From Candidatus Bathyarchaeia archaeon (lineage in GTDB: Archaea > Thermoproteota > Bathyarchaeia > Hecatellales > Hecatellaceae), in NCBI GenBank assembly GCA_038883335.1, contig JAVZMI010000007.1, positions 3,278 to 67,277 on the forward strand: a DNA stretch of 64,000 nt. Direction: 5' to 3'. The notes under the pieces were generated by a model. It saw nothing but the letters and a program-made list of their open reading frames with translations. It was not told where the DNA came from and did not search any database. A program made the position numbers and the translations under genes. Positions 18,209 through 28,054 of the stretch are shown one piece after another; position 1 is the first letter of the stretch, and each line of letters opens with the position of its first letter.

Positions 18209-19397
18209 TATCGGTGATGTCTTGTGTTACCTCTAAACAACCCAGGTAGCTTCCATCACAGCCGCGGACAGCGAAGTACCGGATGTAAATTAACCTACCT
18301 TTTTGGTCTATCCAGAAATCAGCTACATCCCTGCGGCCACTTTTAAAGTCATCTAAGATCTGGTTGACAAGGTGTACGCTCTTTTGGGGGTGGCACTGCT
18401 GAACCTTTCTGCCTATCACTGCCTTCGTCCTCACGAAGATTCGACTCTTTGACTGGCTGAAGTATCTGACTGTATCCTCTTTATCCACAAACGTTATGTC
18501 AACTGGTAAAGTGTTAAGAATCGCCTCCATCTCTATCCTTGATAGACTGCCAGTTTTGAAGTAGATTAAACCTTCAGCTCCAGCTTTGGGAGCCGGAGCC
18601 CCCGCCGCTGTGGTTGTTGCCGCTACTCTCGCTTGCTCGGGGGTGAAGCAACAGTAGCCGAGCTCATCGAATTGGCGCCCTATCTCCTCCCACTCACTCT
18701 CCCCTATAACCGTCAGAGCTGTGGGGAAGAGAATTTTATTCTCTTTGTAAAAATGGTTCGAGAGCATCTCAGCCAGCGAAGCTGCCACCTCGTCCAGTTG
18801 CTTGGCAAATTCTTGGAAGGCCATATCTTTATGCTTTTCAACGAGGCTGTTGAGATTCTTCTTGGTCTCTCTTATCTTATTGTGCTCCATCCACATTATT
18901 GCTGGAGGCTGGGTGATGCCATGCCTCTCAAGGTAAGGGAAGAGAACATTCTCCTCCCGCGTATAGTGACTTTCTGCCTCTTTAAAGCGCCCAACGATGT
19001 GGCCCAGACGACCCATCTGCCCATGAACAGAGTCGAAACTCTCCAACCCTATGAATTCTCTTGCAGTTTTCTTAAGTTCGTCGGCGAACTTCAGGAGCAA
19101 CCTATGTTCCTCCATGAGGACGTATATGGGGTGTCCCGCAGGTGCCAGCGTCTCCTCCCTCTCAAGTGGCTCTCCAAGCACTGCTAAGTGGATGTCGCAG
19201 AGCCTATGAATATCCTCCCTCGACATGCCCTCCCTGACAAGTTCCTCTTCTATATGGGCTATCTCAGCTGGCGTGGTGTCTTTTATGGCTCTGAATTTTT
19301 CCTTTATCTCTTCTGGGCTCGCGCCCTCATGCAGTCTTCTTATTAAGTTTTTTAGGTATCCCTTTTTATCTGATTTCTCGCTGAACGGTTCAGCCAC
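18174..19397 (-). CDS. DUF438 / hemerythrin-like / PAS-domain sensor protein
   Basis: An N-terminal DUF438-type region is followed by a hemerythrin-like HHE cation-binding region (HIVGRFKEAESHYTREENVLFPYLERHG ... WMEHNKIRE) and a C-terminal PAS-like domain. Its 3' end overlaps the Topo IB 3' end convergently by 35 nt. Confidence 0.6.
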   Translation of the reverse strand: MAEPFSEKSDKKGYLKNLIRRLHEGASPEEIKEKFRAIKDTTPAEIAHIEEELVREGMSREDIHRLCDIHLAVLGEPLEREETLAPAGHPIYVLMEEHRLLLKFADELKKTAREFIGLESFDSVHGQMGRLGHIVGRFKEAESHYTREENVLFPYLERHGITQPPAIMWMEHNKIRETKKNLNSLVEKHKDMAFQEFAKQLDEVAASLAEMLSNHFYKENKILFPTALTVIGESEWEEIGRQFDELGYCCFTPEQARVAATTTAAGAPAPKAGAEGLIYFKTGSLSRIEMEAILNTLPVDITFVDKEDTVRYFSQSKSRIFVRTKAVIGRKVQQCHPQKSVHLVNQILDDFKSGRRDVADFWIDQKGRLIYIRYFAVRGCDGSYLGCLEVTQDITDIKKIEGEKRLL

Positions 19398-19696
19398 AGT
19401 TTCGCCTCCATATACTGGACTGTAGTTTTACAGCTCAAAAATGGTAGCTGAAAGTTGTGTAAAGTTGAGACCACAGCACCGCCCTTTCCCGCCCCCTTGC
19501 GGAGAGCAGTATTTGACGGCGCCTCTAGGATTCACTTCCGAGATCTGACGGGATCGGGTCTTGCCCTAGAGGCTATGGCCGTGGTCTCTTCCTCTCAAAA
19601 AAAGAGAGTATAGAATAAAAACTTTGCTCTAACAGGAAACTTTTATAACACCATTCCATTTCTCTTTTGTAGTCTAAACAGGTTTACCGGTATCTG

Positions 19697-20821
19697 GTGC
19701 AAATTATGTCCCTATCGCCATGGATCACAGGGGAGGAGAGCGGCGCCTATTCTTGGGTGTTCCAGCTCATCTTCCTAGCTTTCATCGTCCTTTACTTCCT
19801 ATACGGTCAAAAACTCCAGATGGCAGTATGGACACGGGATATTGAGAAGGCATTGAGAAGGTTGAAATCGATGAAAGAAAATGCCAGAGACCTCTCAATT
19901 AGGACTGTGAAGGAGCTGGGCAAGCCGCAGAATGACCCTACACCACGGATTGATCAGTTCTTGGAGCGGTTCTTCATTCAACCAGTAGACATGGATCCGG
20001 CCGGGATAGTTTGGAAGTTTGATCATTTACTGGACGTCCGCGACATGAGCTTCAAAGAGGAGATAAAACGGTTAGCTCCGGCAGCCGACGGCCCTACACT
20101 GAATAATTTGGAAAATCTCCTGGAAGCCTCGATGGATCTCAACTTCATATATAAGATGATTAGGCACTACTACCTATTCGGTAAGAGGAGGAATGCTTAC
20201 GTCATGGTGATGCAGGTTCACATGCTCCTACCAATTATAATGGATATAGCCGAGTCATATGCTGGATCTGTCCAAGCCTTTGCGACGGGTCAACCGATAG
20301 GCGACGGCGCCGGCCCACTCCTAGCCAATAAACTGATCCGGGGGCTAGAAGTGAGAAAGTTGGAGAAGGATATGATTGTAGCTGAAACAAACATAGATGG
20401 TAGAAAGATCTTTGTATTAAAGGCAGAAGGGCCAGGAGGCAACGTAGGCAAACCTGGAGATGCTTTGATGTCACTCATCGAGTCTCTAGGTGCCAAGGTT
20501 TCAAATATCATCATGGTGGACGCAGCCTTGAAGATGGAGGGGGATGAGAGTGGAGAGGTAGCTGAAGGGGTTGGTGCAGCTATAGGAGGGGTTGGTACTG
20601 AACGTTACAAGATTGAGGAGATATCCCATAAGTATAAGATCCCTCTCTTCGCGGTCACCATTAAAATGTCATTAAGGGAGGCCATAGCCCCCATGAAGAA
20701 AGAGATCTATGAGGGCGTCGAGAAGGCGATCGAGCGGACAAGGCGCATAATTAGAGAGAATACGAAGGAAGGAGACACCGTGGTTATAGCTGGAATTGGC
20801 AACACGATAGGGATAGCTTGA
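19697..20821 (+). CDS. DUF1512-like archaeal protein with an N-terminal transmembrane helix
   Basis: The 374 aa protein has a single N-terminal TM (VFQLIFLAFIVLYFLYG) and a soluble domain resembling the archaeal DUF1512 family. This is a tentative assignment from memory of that family. Confidence 0.4.
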   Translation: MQIMSLSPWITGEESGAYSWVFQLIFLAFIVLYFLYGQKLQMAVWTRDIEKALRRLKSMKENARDLSIRTVKELGKPQNDPTPRIDQFLERFFIQPVDMDPAGIVWKFDHLLDVRDMSFKEEIKRLAPAADGPTLNNLENLLEASMDLNFIYKMIRHYYLFGKRRNAYVMVMQVHMLLPIIMDIAESYAGSVQAFATGQPIGDGAGPLLANKLIRGLEVRKLEKDMIVAETNIDGRKIFVLKAEGPGGNVGKPGDALMSLIESLGAKVSNIIMVDAALKMEGDESGEVAEGVGAAIGGVGTERYKIEEISHKYKIPLFAVTIKMSLREAIAPMKKEIYEGVEKAIERTRRIIRENTKEGDTVVIAGIGNTIGIA

Positions 20822-20836
20822 GGTGAGTGACAAAAG

Positions 20837-21232
20837 GTGAGTCAAAACACTGAGTCAGAAGGAGGCTTTCCATACGCTACGCTCCTCCTCGTTCTAATTG
20901 GAATATCTTCAGCCTTTCTCCTAGCTCGCGGCATAGACGCTTACATTGGCGGCCAGACTGCGAACGCTATAACATACCTCATCATGGGCTCCTTCGGTGT
21001 TGCGTTCATAATCATCATGGCAACGCGCACCACCAGCATATTCAGTACTCCACCCACACGGGTTACTCTCACCCTAATCCAATGCACCTCCTGCGCCTTC
21101 AAAAGCGTAAGAAACTTTCAAATAGGAGATTACGTGCCCAAACCGTCGGGTACTTGTCCTAGCTGCGGAGGGCCCTCAATTATTGAGGCAATCTACTCTG
21201 AAGAGAGAGGCCACACCAAAAAGAGGGAGTAA
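20837..21232 (+). CDS. small membrane protein with a C-terminal zinc ribbon
   Basis: Two predicted TM helices are followed by CTSCAF...CPSCGG. It sits 16 nt downstream of the DUF1512-like gene and is probably co-transcribed with it. Confidence 0.45.
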   Translation: MSQNTESEGGFPYATLLLVLIGISSAFLLARGIDAYIGGQTANAITYLIMGSFGVAFIIIMATRTTSIFSTPPTRVTLTLIQCTSCAFKSVRNFQIGDYVPKPSGTCPSCGGPSIIEAIYSEERGHTKKRE

Positions 21233-21366
21233 TACCTCAAAAAACGCGAGTTTTTAGAGGGGTATTTAATGCCTCCCAGACTATTTGATGAAACCTGAAA
21301 GACGCCATCTCTTAAGAGTTTTTATTCTATTCGATTTTTTTATTCTAACTATCCTGAAAAAATGCC

Positions 21367-22275
21367 CTAAAAGGTTAGGACTTCGCAGCCGTCCCGTGTC
21401 ACTAGGATTGTATGCTCTGATTGAGCTATAGGCTCCCTCTTGGACTCTACAAGAACTGGGTAACCTCGTATGAATCTTCCTTCAACCAGCTCCTCAAAGG
21501 CGGCGTTGGTATCTTCTCTAGGGAAAGCCTTGAAGATCCATCGCTTAGCGAATGGCAGTGTACGATAGTTTTCCCTGATATACTGGAGTATGCCCCTCGC
21601 ACTCTCACCCTTTGGCTGCTTCTCTTTGATGACCCTATAGATGTGCACGGACTTGTCCTCAAAAACAAGCCCTCCCCCTTTTTGGGTGGTGGCGAAGGGT
21701 TCCACCCCGTAAATCTCTCCCTCCTCAAGTCTGGGCCCGATGGGCATTCCCACGTTGGGCAGAACTTTGCCTGTATGAATTATGTAACGGGAGATCCCAT
21801 GGCCTGTAAGGTTTCGTATAACCTTGAGGCCGTATTTCTGAATTGTATTCTGTATAACCGCGCCAACCTCCGAAGTCTTCATGCCGGGTTTGATAACCTT
21901 TAGTGCCGCCCTAAGTGCCTCTTCGGTAGCCTGCTTCAATACCATGTATTCGGGATTTAAGCAGATGGATATAGCCGTGTCACTTATGTAACCATCAATG
22001 TGAGCTCCTATATCTACCTTAACCAAAGAGTTCGGGGGGATACATGAGGTATCTCCAAGAGGTGAAGTATAATGTGCACCAACCCAATCGATACCGATGT
22101 TGCAGGGGAAGGCTGGCTTTGCACCTCTGCGGCGAATCTCCTCTTCTAGGCTTTCACAGATGTCTAAGATCCTAACTCCCTCCCTCACGCACCTTTCCGC
22201 GTAGGAGCGAACTTCCGAAGCGATCTTCCCGGCTTTTCTAAGCTTCTCTAACTCCTCAGCAGTCCACATGATCAA
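21367..22275 (-). CDS. map: methionine aminopeptidase, type 2
   Basis: It has the pita-bread fold and metal ligands typical of archaeal MAP2 (AHYTSPLGDT, DIGAHIDGYISD, NLTGHGI, HIYRV). Confidence 0.8.
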   Translation of the reverse strand: MIMWTAEELEKLRKAGKIASEVRSYAERCVREGVRILDICESLEEEIRRRGAKPAFPCNIGIDWVGAHYTSPLGDTSCIPPNSLVKVDIGAHIDGYISDTAISICLNPEYMVLKQATEEALRAALKVIKPGMKTSEVGAVIQNTIQKYGLKVIRNLTGHGISRYIIHTGKVLPNVGMPIGPRLEEGEIYGVEPFATTQKGGGLVFEDKSVHIYRVIKEKQPKGESARGILQYIRENYRTLPFAKRWIFKAFPREDTNAAFEELVEGRFIRGYPVLVESKREPIAQSEHTILVTRDGCEVLTF

Positions 22276-22373
22276 CGCTCATCACGCGGGTTAATGATTA
22301 ATTATACTTGAGTTATAAGGTAGATGGCATAGAAATTGCTAGGAACGCCTAGGTTGGTGATGAACAGTATTCC

Positions 22374-22853
22374 ATGGTGAACAAGTTTAGGAGAATTGCG
22401 GTCGGGGGAACTTTCGACTCCCTCCATAAAGGCCACCGGAAGCTCCTAGAGGAGGCTTTCCTCAAAGGTGAAGAAGTCATTATAGGTTTGACCACCGACA
22501 GGTTGGCAAGGGAGCTACATACCACACACACAGTTGCCTCGTATGAGGCAAGGAAGGAAGCCTTGCTGAATCTTCTGCGGCGGAAGGGGGTAGCTTCCAG
22601 AGCTCACATCATCCCGATTGATAGTAGGGAAGGTACAGCTGCGGATACGCTGGACTTGGAAGCCATAGTTGTCAGCCCTGAGAGCTACCCAGGCGCATTG
22701 AGGATAAACGAACTTCGTAGGCAACGCCTGATGAAGGAGCTAGAAATTATAGTGGTAGAGGAAGTCATGGCTGAGGACGGTAAACCAATATCCGCTACTA
22801 GGATCAGAGCTGGGGAGATCGACAGAGAAGGTAAGACCCTATCACCTCAGTAA
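22374..22853 (+). CDS. coaD: archaeal phosphopantetheine adenylyltransferase (cytidylyltransferase-like)
   Basis: It carries AVGGTFDSLHKGHRKLL, i.e. the (H/T)xGH nucleotidyltransferase motif. The ~160 aa size is typical. Confidence 0.7.
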   Translation: MVNKFRRIAVGGTFDSLHKGHRKLLEEAFLKGEEVIIGLTTDRLARELHTTHTVASYEARKEALLNLLRRKGVASRAHIIPIDSREGTAADTLDLEAIVVSPESYPGALRINELRRQRLMKELEIIVVEEVMAEDGKPISATRIRAGEIDREGKTLSPQ

Positions 22854-24001
22854 AACTTCTTTCGCAAGTAGGCATCTTCCAAAAAGAAACCATCCACAAC
22901 ATCCTTCGCTCTCTCCCTGTTAGCCTGGTGGTCTCGGAGGAACTTTGACACTCTACCGGCTAGAATCTCTTTACATTCTCCACAAAGGAGCTTACCTGTA
23001 CGACAATTCTCCCAAAGCTCAGCGAGTTTAGCGTCGTCCTCTTCGAATAGGAATAGGAAGTAATGGTATACAGGACAGATCTCGGGGTCGCCCCCAAGTT
23101 TTCGTTGTTCTTCCACGGTTGGCCTACCACCAGTGAAAGCGTTCATAACTTTTTTCACGGCCACTTCCGGGGGGTCCACCGTGAATATGCAAGTCTCGGG
23201 TTGAGAGGTAGACATCTTTCCCTCTCTCCCAAGCCCCGGCAGGAAGCGAGAGTGAATCTGGGCTGGCTTGTAGTAGCCAAGCTTGGGAGCAACATCTCGA
23301 GTGATACGCCAGTAGGGATCCTGATCTATCGCCGCAGGAATAAGGCAGGGGACGTTTCGCCCAGTGATAGCTGACTCAAGGAAGGCTGGGGCTGCCTGTA
23401 AGGCGGGAAAGTAGATAATTCCGATATTGGAGCTGTCATCGAAGCCGAAGGTTGCCTTCGCTGTGGAGAGGGTCACATGTTTGGCAACTCTTAAAGATAT
23501 ATCATATAGGGCGCTAATGTTCTTGATGTTAGAGATAATCTTAGTCTTAGCTTGATCGAACCCGACGGCTACAACATCCAACGCGTTATCGTAGGTGAAG
23601 CCCCACACATCCTTAATCGAAAGCCCCTGATGGATGAGAAACTTCTCGTCGTCTGTCATCTGGAAGTAAAGTTTCGCCTTGAAGACGTTTTGGAGGTGTC
23701 GAGTGAAGAGCCACGGTACGATATGGCCTAGGTGGACTGGACCGGACGGCCCCCGTCCAGTATAAAGGACAAATTGTTCACCTCTCTCGTAGAGGTTCAG
23801 GATCCAGTCTAAATCTCTGTGGGAGAAGAAGATTTTTCGCCTCAGTTGTAGATGCAACTCCCCAGAGAACTTCTTTATTCGTTCAAGTAGCTCCGTAGTG
23901 ATAGGCTGCGTACCGAACTGGTTTATTAGTCTATCATAATCTATCTCCCCAGATACCCTCCAAGGGGTTACAACCATTCCGCCCTCTCCTTCGCCAGTCA
24001 T
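22847..24001 (-). CDS. trpS: tryptophan--tRNA ligase (archaeal/eukaryotic type)
   Basis: It has the HIGH region YTGRGPSGPVHLGHIVPWLFTRHLQNVF, QMTDDEKF and the KMSKS variant KMSTSQPE. It is close to eukaryotic TrpRS motifs. Confidence 0.8.
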   Translation of the reverse strand: MTGEGEGGMVVTPWRVSGEIDYDRLINQFGTQPITTELLERIKKFSGELHLQLRRKIFFSHRDLDWILNLYERGEQFVLYTGRGPSGPVHLGHIVPWLFTRHLQNVFKAKLYFQMTDDEKFLIHQGLSIKDVWGFTYDNALDVVAVGFDQAKTKIISNIKNISALYDISLRVAKHVTLSTAKATFGFDDSSNIGIIYFPALQAAPAFLESAITGRNVPCLIPAAIDQDPYWRITRDVAPKLGYYKPAQIHSRFLPGLGREGKMSTSQPETCIFTVDPPEVAVKKVMNAFTGGRPTVEEQRKLGGDPEICPVYHYFLFLFEEDDAKLAELWENCRTGKLLCGECKEILAGRVSKFLRDHQANRERAKDVVDGFFLEDAYLRKKFY

Positions 24002-24209
24002 AGCCTTAATACCCCAAACTGTTGTAGCAATAGGTTGGGGCTGATAGTTGATAAGAGCTTTTCCCTAAACTGCTACCCAGCGCTCAGTTTAAGTTTGATA
24101 GTTATCTCATATTAGTAATAGGGAACTGCCGCTCATGGTCTCCATAAATACCCACTGCCCGCTAGAGGCTTTCCGGCGGTTTATCATACTTAGTTGCTGT
24201 AAGAGCTTT

Positions 24210-24512
24210 ATGCCGGACGAACTCATCGATGACGAGTCAGTCTTCCCAGAGCGGGCTGGGGAAATGGGAGTCATATATGTGGAGGCTGAGGACAAAGTAA
24301 CCATCAGCAAGATCAGAGATGTCGAGTTTGTAAAGGCGTATAACATCGTCGGTATTGTCTATAACTCGAGGAGCGGCATGACGAGGTTGAGGTGGGAGAG
24401 GACTGTTGAGAACCAAGGTAAGGTTACAGGCGAGGCTACAATACGCTCACTCGTTCATCTCGCCGAGGCTGGAGTTATCGGTAAAGATAAACGAGCGAAG
24501 CCTCAAGGCTGA
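24210..24512 (+). CDS. hypothetical protein upstream of pheS
   Basis: The ORF reads VIYVEAEDKVTISKIRDVEFVKAYNIVGIVYNS.... No family was recognised and the start is uncertain (internal Met chosen). Confidence 0.3.
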   Translation: MPDELIDDESVFPERAGEMGVIYVEAEDKVTISKIRDVEFVKAYNIVGIVYNSRSGMTRLRWERTVENQGKVTGEATIRSLVHLAEAGVIGKDKRAKPQG

Positions 24513-24598
24513 GGCTACATTGTGAAATCTTTAATTCTCATAATGGGATGGCTCATAGAAGCAGTTACCTGCAAGTTGGGTGGAGGCTGATAAGGTCC

Positions 24599-26098
24599 AT
24601 GGCTGAGATGAGAGATTTAGAGTTTGAAGTTCTGAAGGCTCTAGCGGAGTCTAGCGGTCAAGGGTCTGTTGAGGAGGTCTGCAAAAGGTCAGGGTTAAAC
24701 CACTCGGCAGTCATGCGGTCAATCCTCGCCTTAGAAAAAGATAACCTTGTAGAAGTAACAGAGCAGCCTGTAAGTTTCTTTAAGTTGACTGATGAAGGGC
24801 GGACTGACATTGCTAAGGGTCTTCCAGAGAGGAGATTGGCCAAGGCTACCATTGAACTTGGGGGATCTGCCACATTGGCGGCTGCAGCTGAGAGAGCTGG
24901 TTTGAGCAGTGAAGAGGCAAGCATTGCTCTAGGTTGGCTTATAAAGAAGGGGCTGTGTAGCTTGGAGCGGAAGGGGGATACAGTCGTAATAAAAGTCACA
25001 GAATCACCGCCAGTTAGCATGGAGGAGTCACTACTCCGCCTTGTTGAAGAGCGAATGCAGATTGCTTCGACCGAGCTTAATTCCGAGCAAATTGAGACAG
25101 CCAGAGCATTGAGGAGAAGGAAACTCCTCGAAGAGAAACCCGCAGTCTTGAGAATGACTAAGCTGACTGAAGCCGGCTGGGCTCGGGTCAAAGAGGGCGC
25201 AAGTTCTGGAATAGAAATAACCGCATTAACCAGCGAGTTATTAACCTCAGGTCGATGGAGAGAAGTGAAACTTCGAGAGTACGATGTGAAGGCCCCCCCA
25301 CCTCCACTCTATCCTGGAAGGAAACATTTCTACCTAGAGTTTCTAGAAGAAGTCCGGCTGCTACTCGTCTCGATGGGCTTTGAGGAAGCTGAAGGCCCGT
25401 ATGTAGAGACAGAGTTCTGGAACTTCGACGTCTTATTCCAAGCACAGGATCACCCAGCGCGGGAGATTCATGATAGCTACCTTATCGAGGAGCCCACCCG
25501 TGGGTCTCTACCAGACGACACCCTAGTGGACAGGGTTAGGCGAGTTCACGAAAATGGCTGGAATACGGGATCTCGAGGTTGGCGATACAAGTGGAGCAGA
25601 GATGTTGCAAGTAGACTTATACTGAGAACTCAAACCACCGCCGTATCAGCGAGATACCTATACCAACATAAGGACCCCCCGGTAAAGATGTTCTGCATAT
25701 CTAAGGTATACAGACCCGATGTTCTCGACGCCAAACACTCGATGGAGTTCTCCCAGTGTGAAGGAATAGTCATGGATAAAGGCCTAAACTTCCGCCACCT
25801 AATCGGCTTCCTTCGAGAGTTCGCTGAAGCATTAGAGTTAGGCGAAGTCATTTTCAGACCTGGCTACTTCCCTTTCACCGAGCCCAGCGTCGAGTCATTC
25901 GTCAAACATCCCATCCTCGGTTGGGTGGAATTCGTCGGAGCCGGTATGTTCAGGCCGGAGGTGCTCAGCCCCCTCGGTATTAAGCATCCTGTTCTCGCTT
26001 GGGGAATTGGCATTGACCGTCTAGCCATGGCGAAACTCGGAATTAGCGACATACGAGAGTTATACTCGAAGAGACTTGACCTCTTGAGGATGCGGTAA
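24599..26098 (+). CDS. pheS: phenylalanine--tRNA ligase alpha subunit (archaeal type)
   Basis: N-terminal winged-helix repeats are followed by a class II core with motif 2 (FRPEVLSP) and motif 3 (GIGIDRLAM). It lies immediately upstream of pheT. Confidence 0.85.
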   Translation: MAEMRDLEFEVLKALAESSGQGSVEEVCKRSGLNHSAVMRSILALEKDNLVEVTEQPVSFFKLTDEGRTDIAKGLPERRLAKATIELGGSATLAAAAERAGLSSEEASIALGWLIKKGLCSLERKGDTVVIKVTESPPVSMEESLLRLVEERMQIASTELNSEQIETARALRRRKLLEEKPAVLRMTKLTEAGWARVKEGASSGIEITALTSELLTSGRWREVKLREYDVKAPPPPLYPGRKHFYLEFLEEVRLLLVSMGFEEAEGPYVETEFWNFDVLFQAQDHPAREIHDSYLIEEPTRGSLPDDTLVDRVRRVHENGWNTGSRGWRYKWSRDVASRLILRTQTTAVSARYLYQHKDPPVKMFCISKVYRPDVLDAKHSMEFSQCEGIVMDKGLNFRHLIGFLREFAEALELGEVIFRPGYFPFTEPSVESFVKHPILGWVEFVGAGMFRPEVLSPLGIKHPVLAWGIGIDRLAMAKLGISDIRELYSKRLDLLRMR

Positions 26099-26100
26099 AT

Positions 26101-27777
26101 ATGCCAACTGTTGAATTTGACCTTGTAGATTTGCACGAGTTACTTGGGAGAGATATCCCCCTTAACCGTCTCACCTATGCCCTTCCACTAATCAAATGCG
26201 AGGTTAAATCTGTGGAAGGAGGGAAGGTGACTCTCGAGGTTAATGCTGACAGGCCTGATATGTTCTCAGTTGAGGGTATTGCCCGAGCCTTGAAGGGCTT
26301 CTTGGGATTGGAGAAAGGTTACCCATCCTACCGCTGGAGGAAAGGTAGGGTGGTGGTGAAAGTCGACAGAAGCGTCGATGGAATCCGGCCTTACATCGCC
26401 TGCGCAGTCATCCGTAATCTAAAGTTAACTGATAGTTCCCTTAAAGATATACTCTTGCTCCAGGAGAAACTTCATGAAACGATCTGCAGGAAACGTCGGA
26501 AAGGCTCGATAGGCATCTACGATCTGGATAAGGTTACGCCTCCTATGAACTACGGGGCGTTACCTCCTTGCAAGATAAGGTTCACGCCACTTGAGGAGAC
26601 AAGGAGTATGACTGCTCAGGAGATTCTCAGGGAGACTCAGAAGGGGGTTGAATACGGGATATTACTGGAGAGGCTCCCACGCTACCCTCTGCTTAGAGAT
26701 GCGGAAGGCACCGTACTCTCCATGCCGCCAATCATAAACAGCGAGGACACAAAATTGACCACTCAAAGCCGGAATCTATTCGTTGATGTGACTGGGCTCA
26801 GCGATGAGATCGTCAACGACGTAGTGAACATCGTGGCAACGAGCCTCGGGGAGAGAGGAGCCGTTATAGAAAGTGTAAAAGTTGAGTATCCAGAGCACAT
26901 GGTGTACACCGCTTCACTCAAACCTCGAAAAATGGAGTTGAAGCTGGACTACGTGGAGAGAGTCTCAGGGCTAACTCTAAACATTAAAACATTAGAAGCC
27001 ATAGCTAATAAGATGCGGTATGGCGTGGGAGTTAAAAGCAGGGAGAGCCTCCAGCTGATTATACCGCCTTACAGATGCGACATAATCCACCCAGTCGACC
27101 TTGTGGAGGACATAATAATAGGTTATGGTTACGACCGTGTCAAACCAGAGATGCCGGCTACCTTAACGTTTGGGCGGACTCTAAAGGAGAGCAAACTAAC
27201 CCGGTCGGTTAGAGATGTAATGGTAGGTTACGGCTTCCAGGAGATTACTAGTTACGTGTTAACTAGCAGGGAGAGCCAGGTAGCTATGATGGGGTTGGAT
27301 TGCGCGGAACTAGTAGCGGTTGCAAATCCGACGACTCGCGAACATTCGGTTATGCGGCGGTGGCTTCTTCCATGCCTCCTCGAGTTTCTCTCCTGTAACA
27401 CACATGTAGACTACCCCCAGAAGGTCTTTGAGTGTGGGAACGTGGTAATCAGGGATCCAACGGAAGAGACTAGAGCGAGGAACGATCTTCGGCTTGCGGG
27501 TATCGTTTGCGATTATAAGGTTAGCTATGAGATGATTCAGTCGACGGTATACGGCGTACTCCGATATCTAAACGTGGAAGGTTGGAGCATTGATGGTAAA
27601 GACCATAAAAGCTTCATAAAAGGGCGAACCGCCGCCATCACGGTCGGAGGGGAGGAGGTCGCAATACTGGGTGAGGTTCACCCCAAAGTCCTCACAAACT
27701 TCAAGATACCAAACCCTGTAGCCGCCTTCGAGATAAATTTATCTTTCCTCCTACAGAAGAAACACGGCTACCATTAG
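26101..27777 (+). CDS. pheT: phenylalanine--tRNA ligase beta subunit (archaeal type)
   Basis: It starts 3 nt after the pheS stop. It has B3/4 and B5 domains and the archaeal beta-subunit size of about 550 aa. Confidence 0.8.
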   Translation: MPTVEFDLVDLHELLGRDIPLNRLTYALPLIKCEVKSVEGGKVTLEVNADRPDMFSVEGIARALKGFLGLEKGYPSYRWRKGRVVVKVDRSVDGIRPYIACAVIRNLKLTDSSLKDILLLQEKLHETICRKRRKGSIGIYDLDKVTPPMNYGALPPCKIRFTPLEETRSMTAQEILRETQKGVEYGILLERLPRYPLLRDAEGTVLSMPPIINSEDTKLTTQSRNLFVDVTGLSDEIVNDVVNIVATSLGERGAVIESVKVEYPEHMVYTASLKPRKMELKLDYVERVSGLTLNIKTLEAIANKMRYGVGVKSRESLQLIIPPYRCDIIHPVDLVEDIIIGYGYDRVKPEMPATLTFGRTLKESKLTRSVRDVMVGYGFQEITSYVLTSRESQVAMMGLDCAELVAVANPTTREHSVMRRWLLPCLLEFLSCNTHVDYPQKVFECGNVVIRDPTEETRARNDLRLAGIVCDYKVSYEMIQSTVYGVLRYLNVEGWSIDGKDHKSFIKGRTAAITVGGEEVAILGEVHPKVLTNFKIPNPVAAFEINLSFLLQKKHGYH

Positions 27778-28054
27778 GGCTGAGAACAAGCATACTGTTT
27801 GATTCCAAACAGACGAAGCAAGGCTGGCCTATTTCTATTAGATTTTGAGAGACCCAGCTGTCTCCATTTGCTCAATATCAAGGTTTAGGTTAAGCTTAGA
27901 GAAGCCTTCCATAAACGAATTGGAGTTAGAATGGCTACAATCCAGGCTGCTTGAGATGAGCCTTGAAAGCGATATTTTGTGTAGAGCTTACAGAGCCATG
28001 CGCCGGTTTCAGGGCTAGATTAGTAAACCGTGCGTCAACTGGTTGTTTAGGTTT

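Noticed and set aside
19440-19600. GC-rich intergenic segment with an inverted repeat, considered as a ncRNA
   Set aside because: It has no recognisable RNA family features (no K-turn or C/D boxes, no tRNA-like arms). It is kept only as a possible operator within the DUF438 finding.
21286-21355. Possible C/D-box sRNA in the intergenic region (TTGATGA … CTGA … CTGA)
   Set aside because: The C box and first CTGA are only 3 nt apart. There is no C' box and no terminal stem. It is more likely T-rich bidirectional terminator sequence between convergent genes.
24658-25445. Long antisense ORFs inside pheS, valS, leuA, thiC, aIF2-gamma, the surface-protein gene and others
   Set aside because: All are embedded antisense in well-supported genes and have biased A/S/P/R-rich composition typical of antisense translation of ~50% GC DNA.
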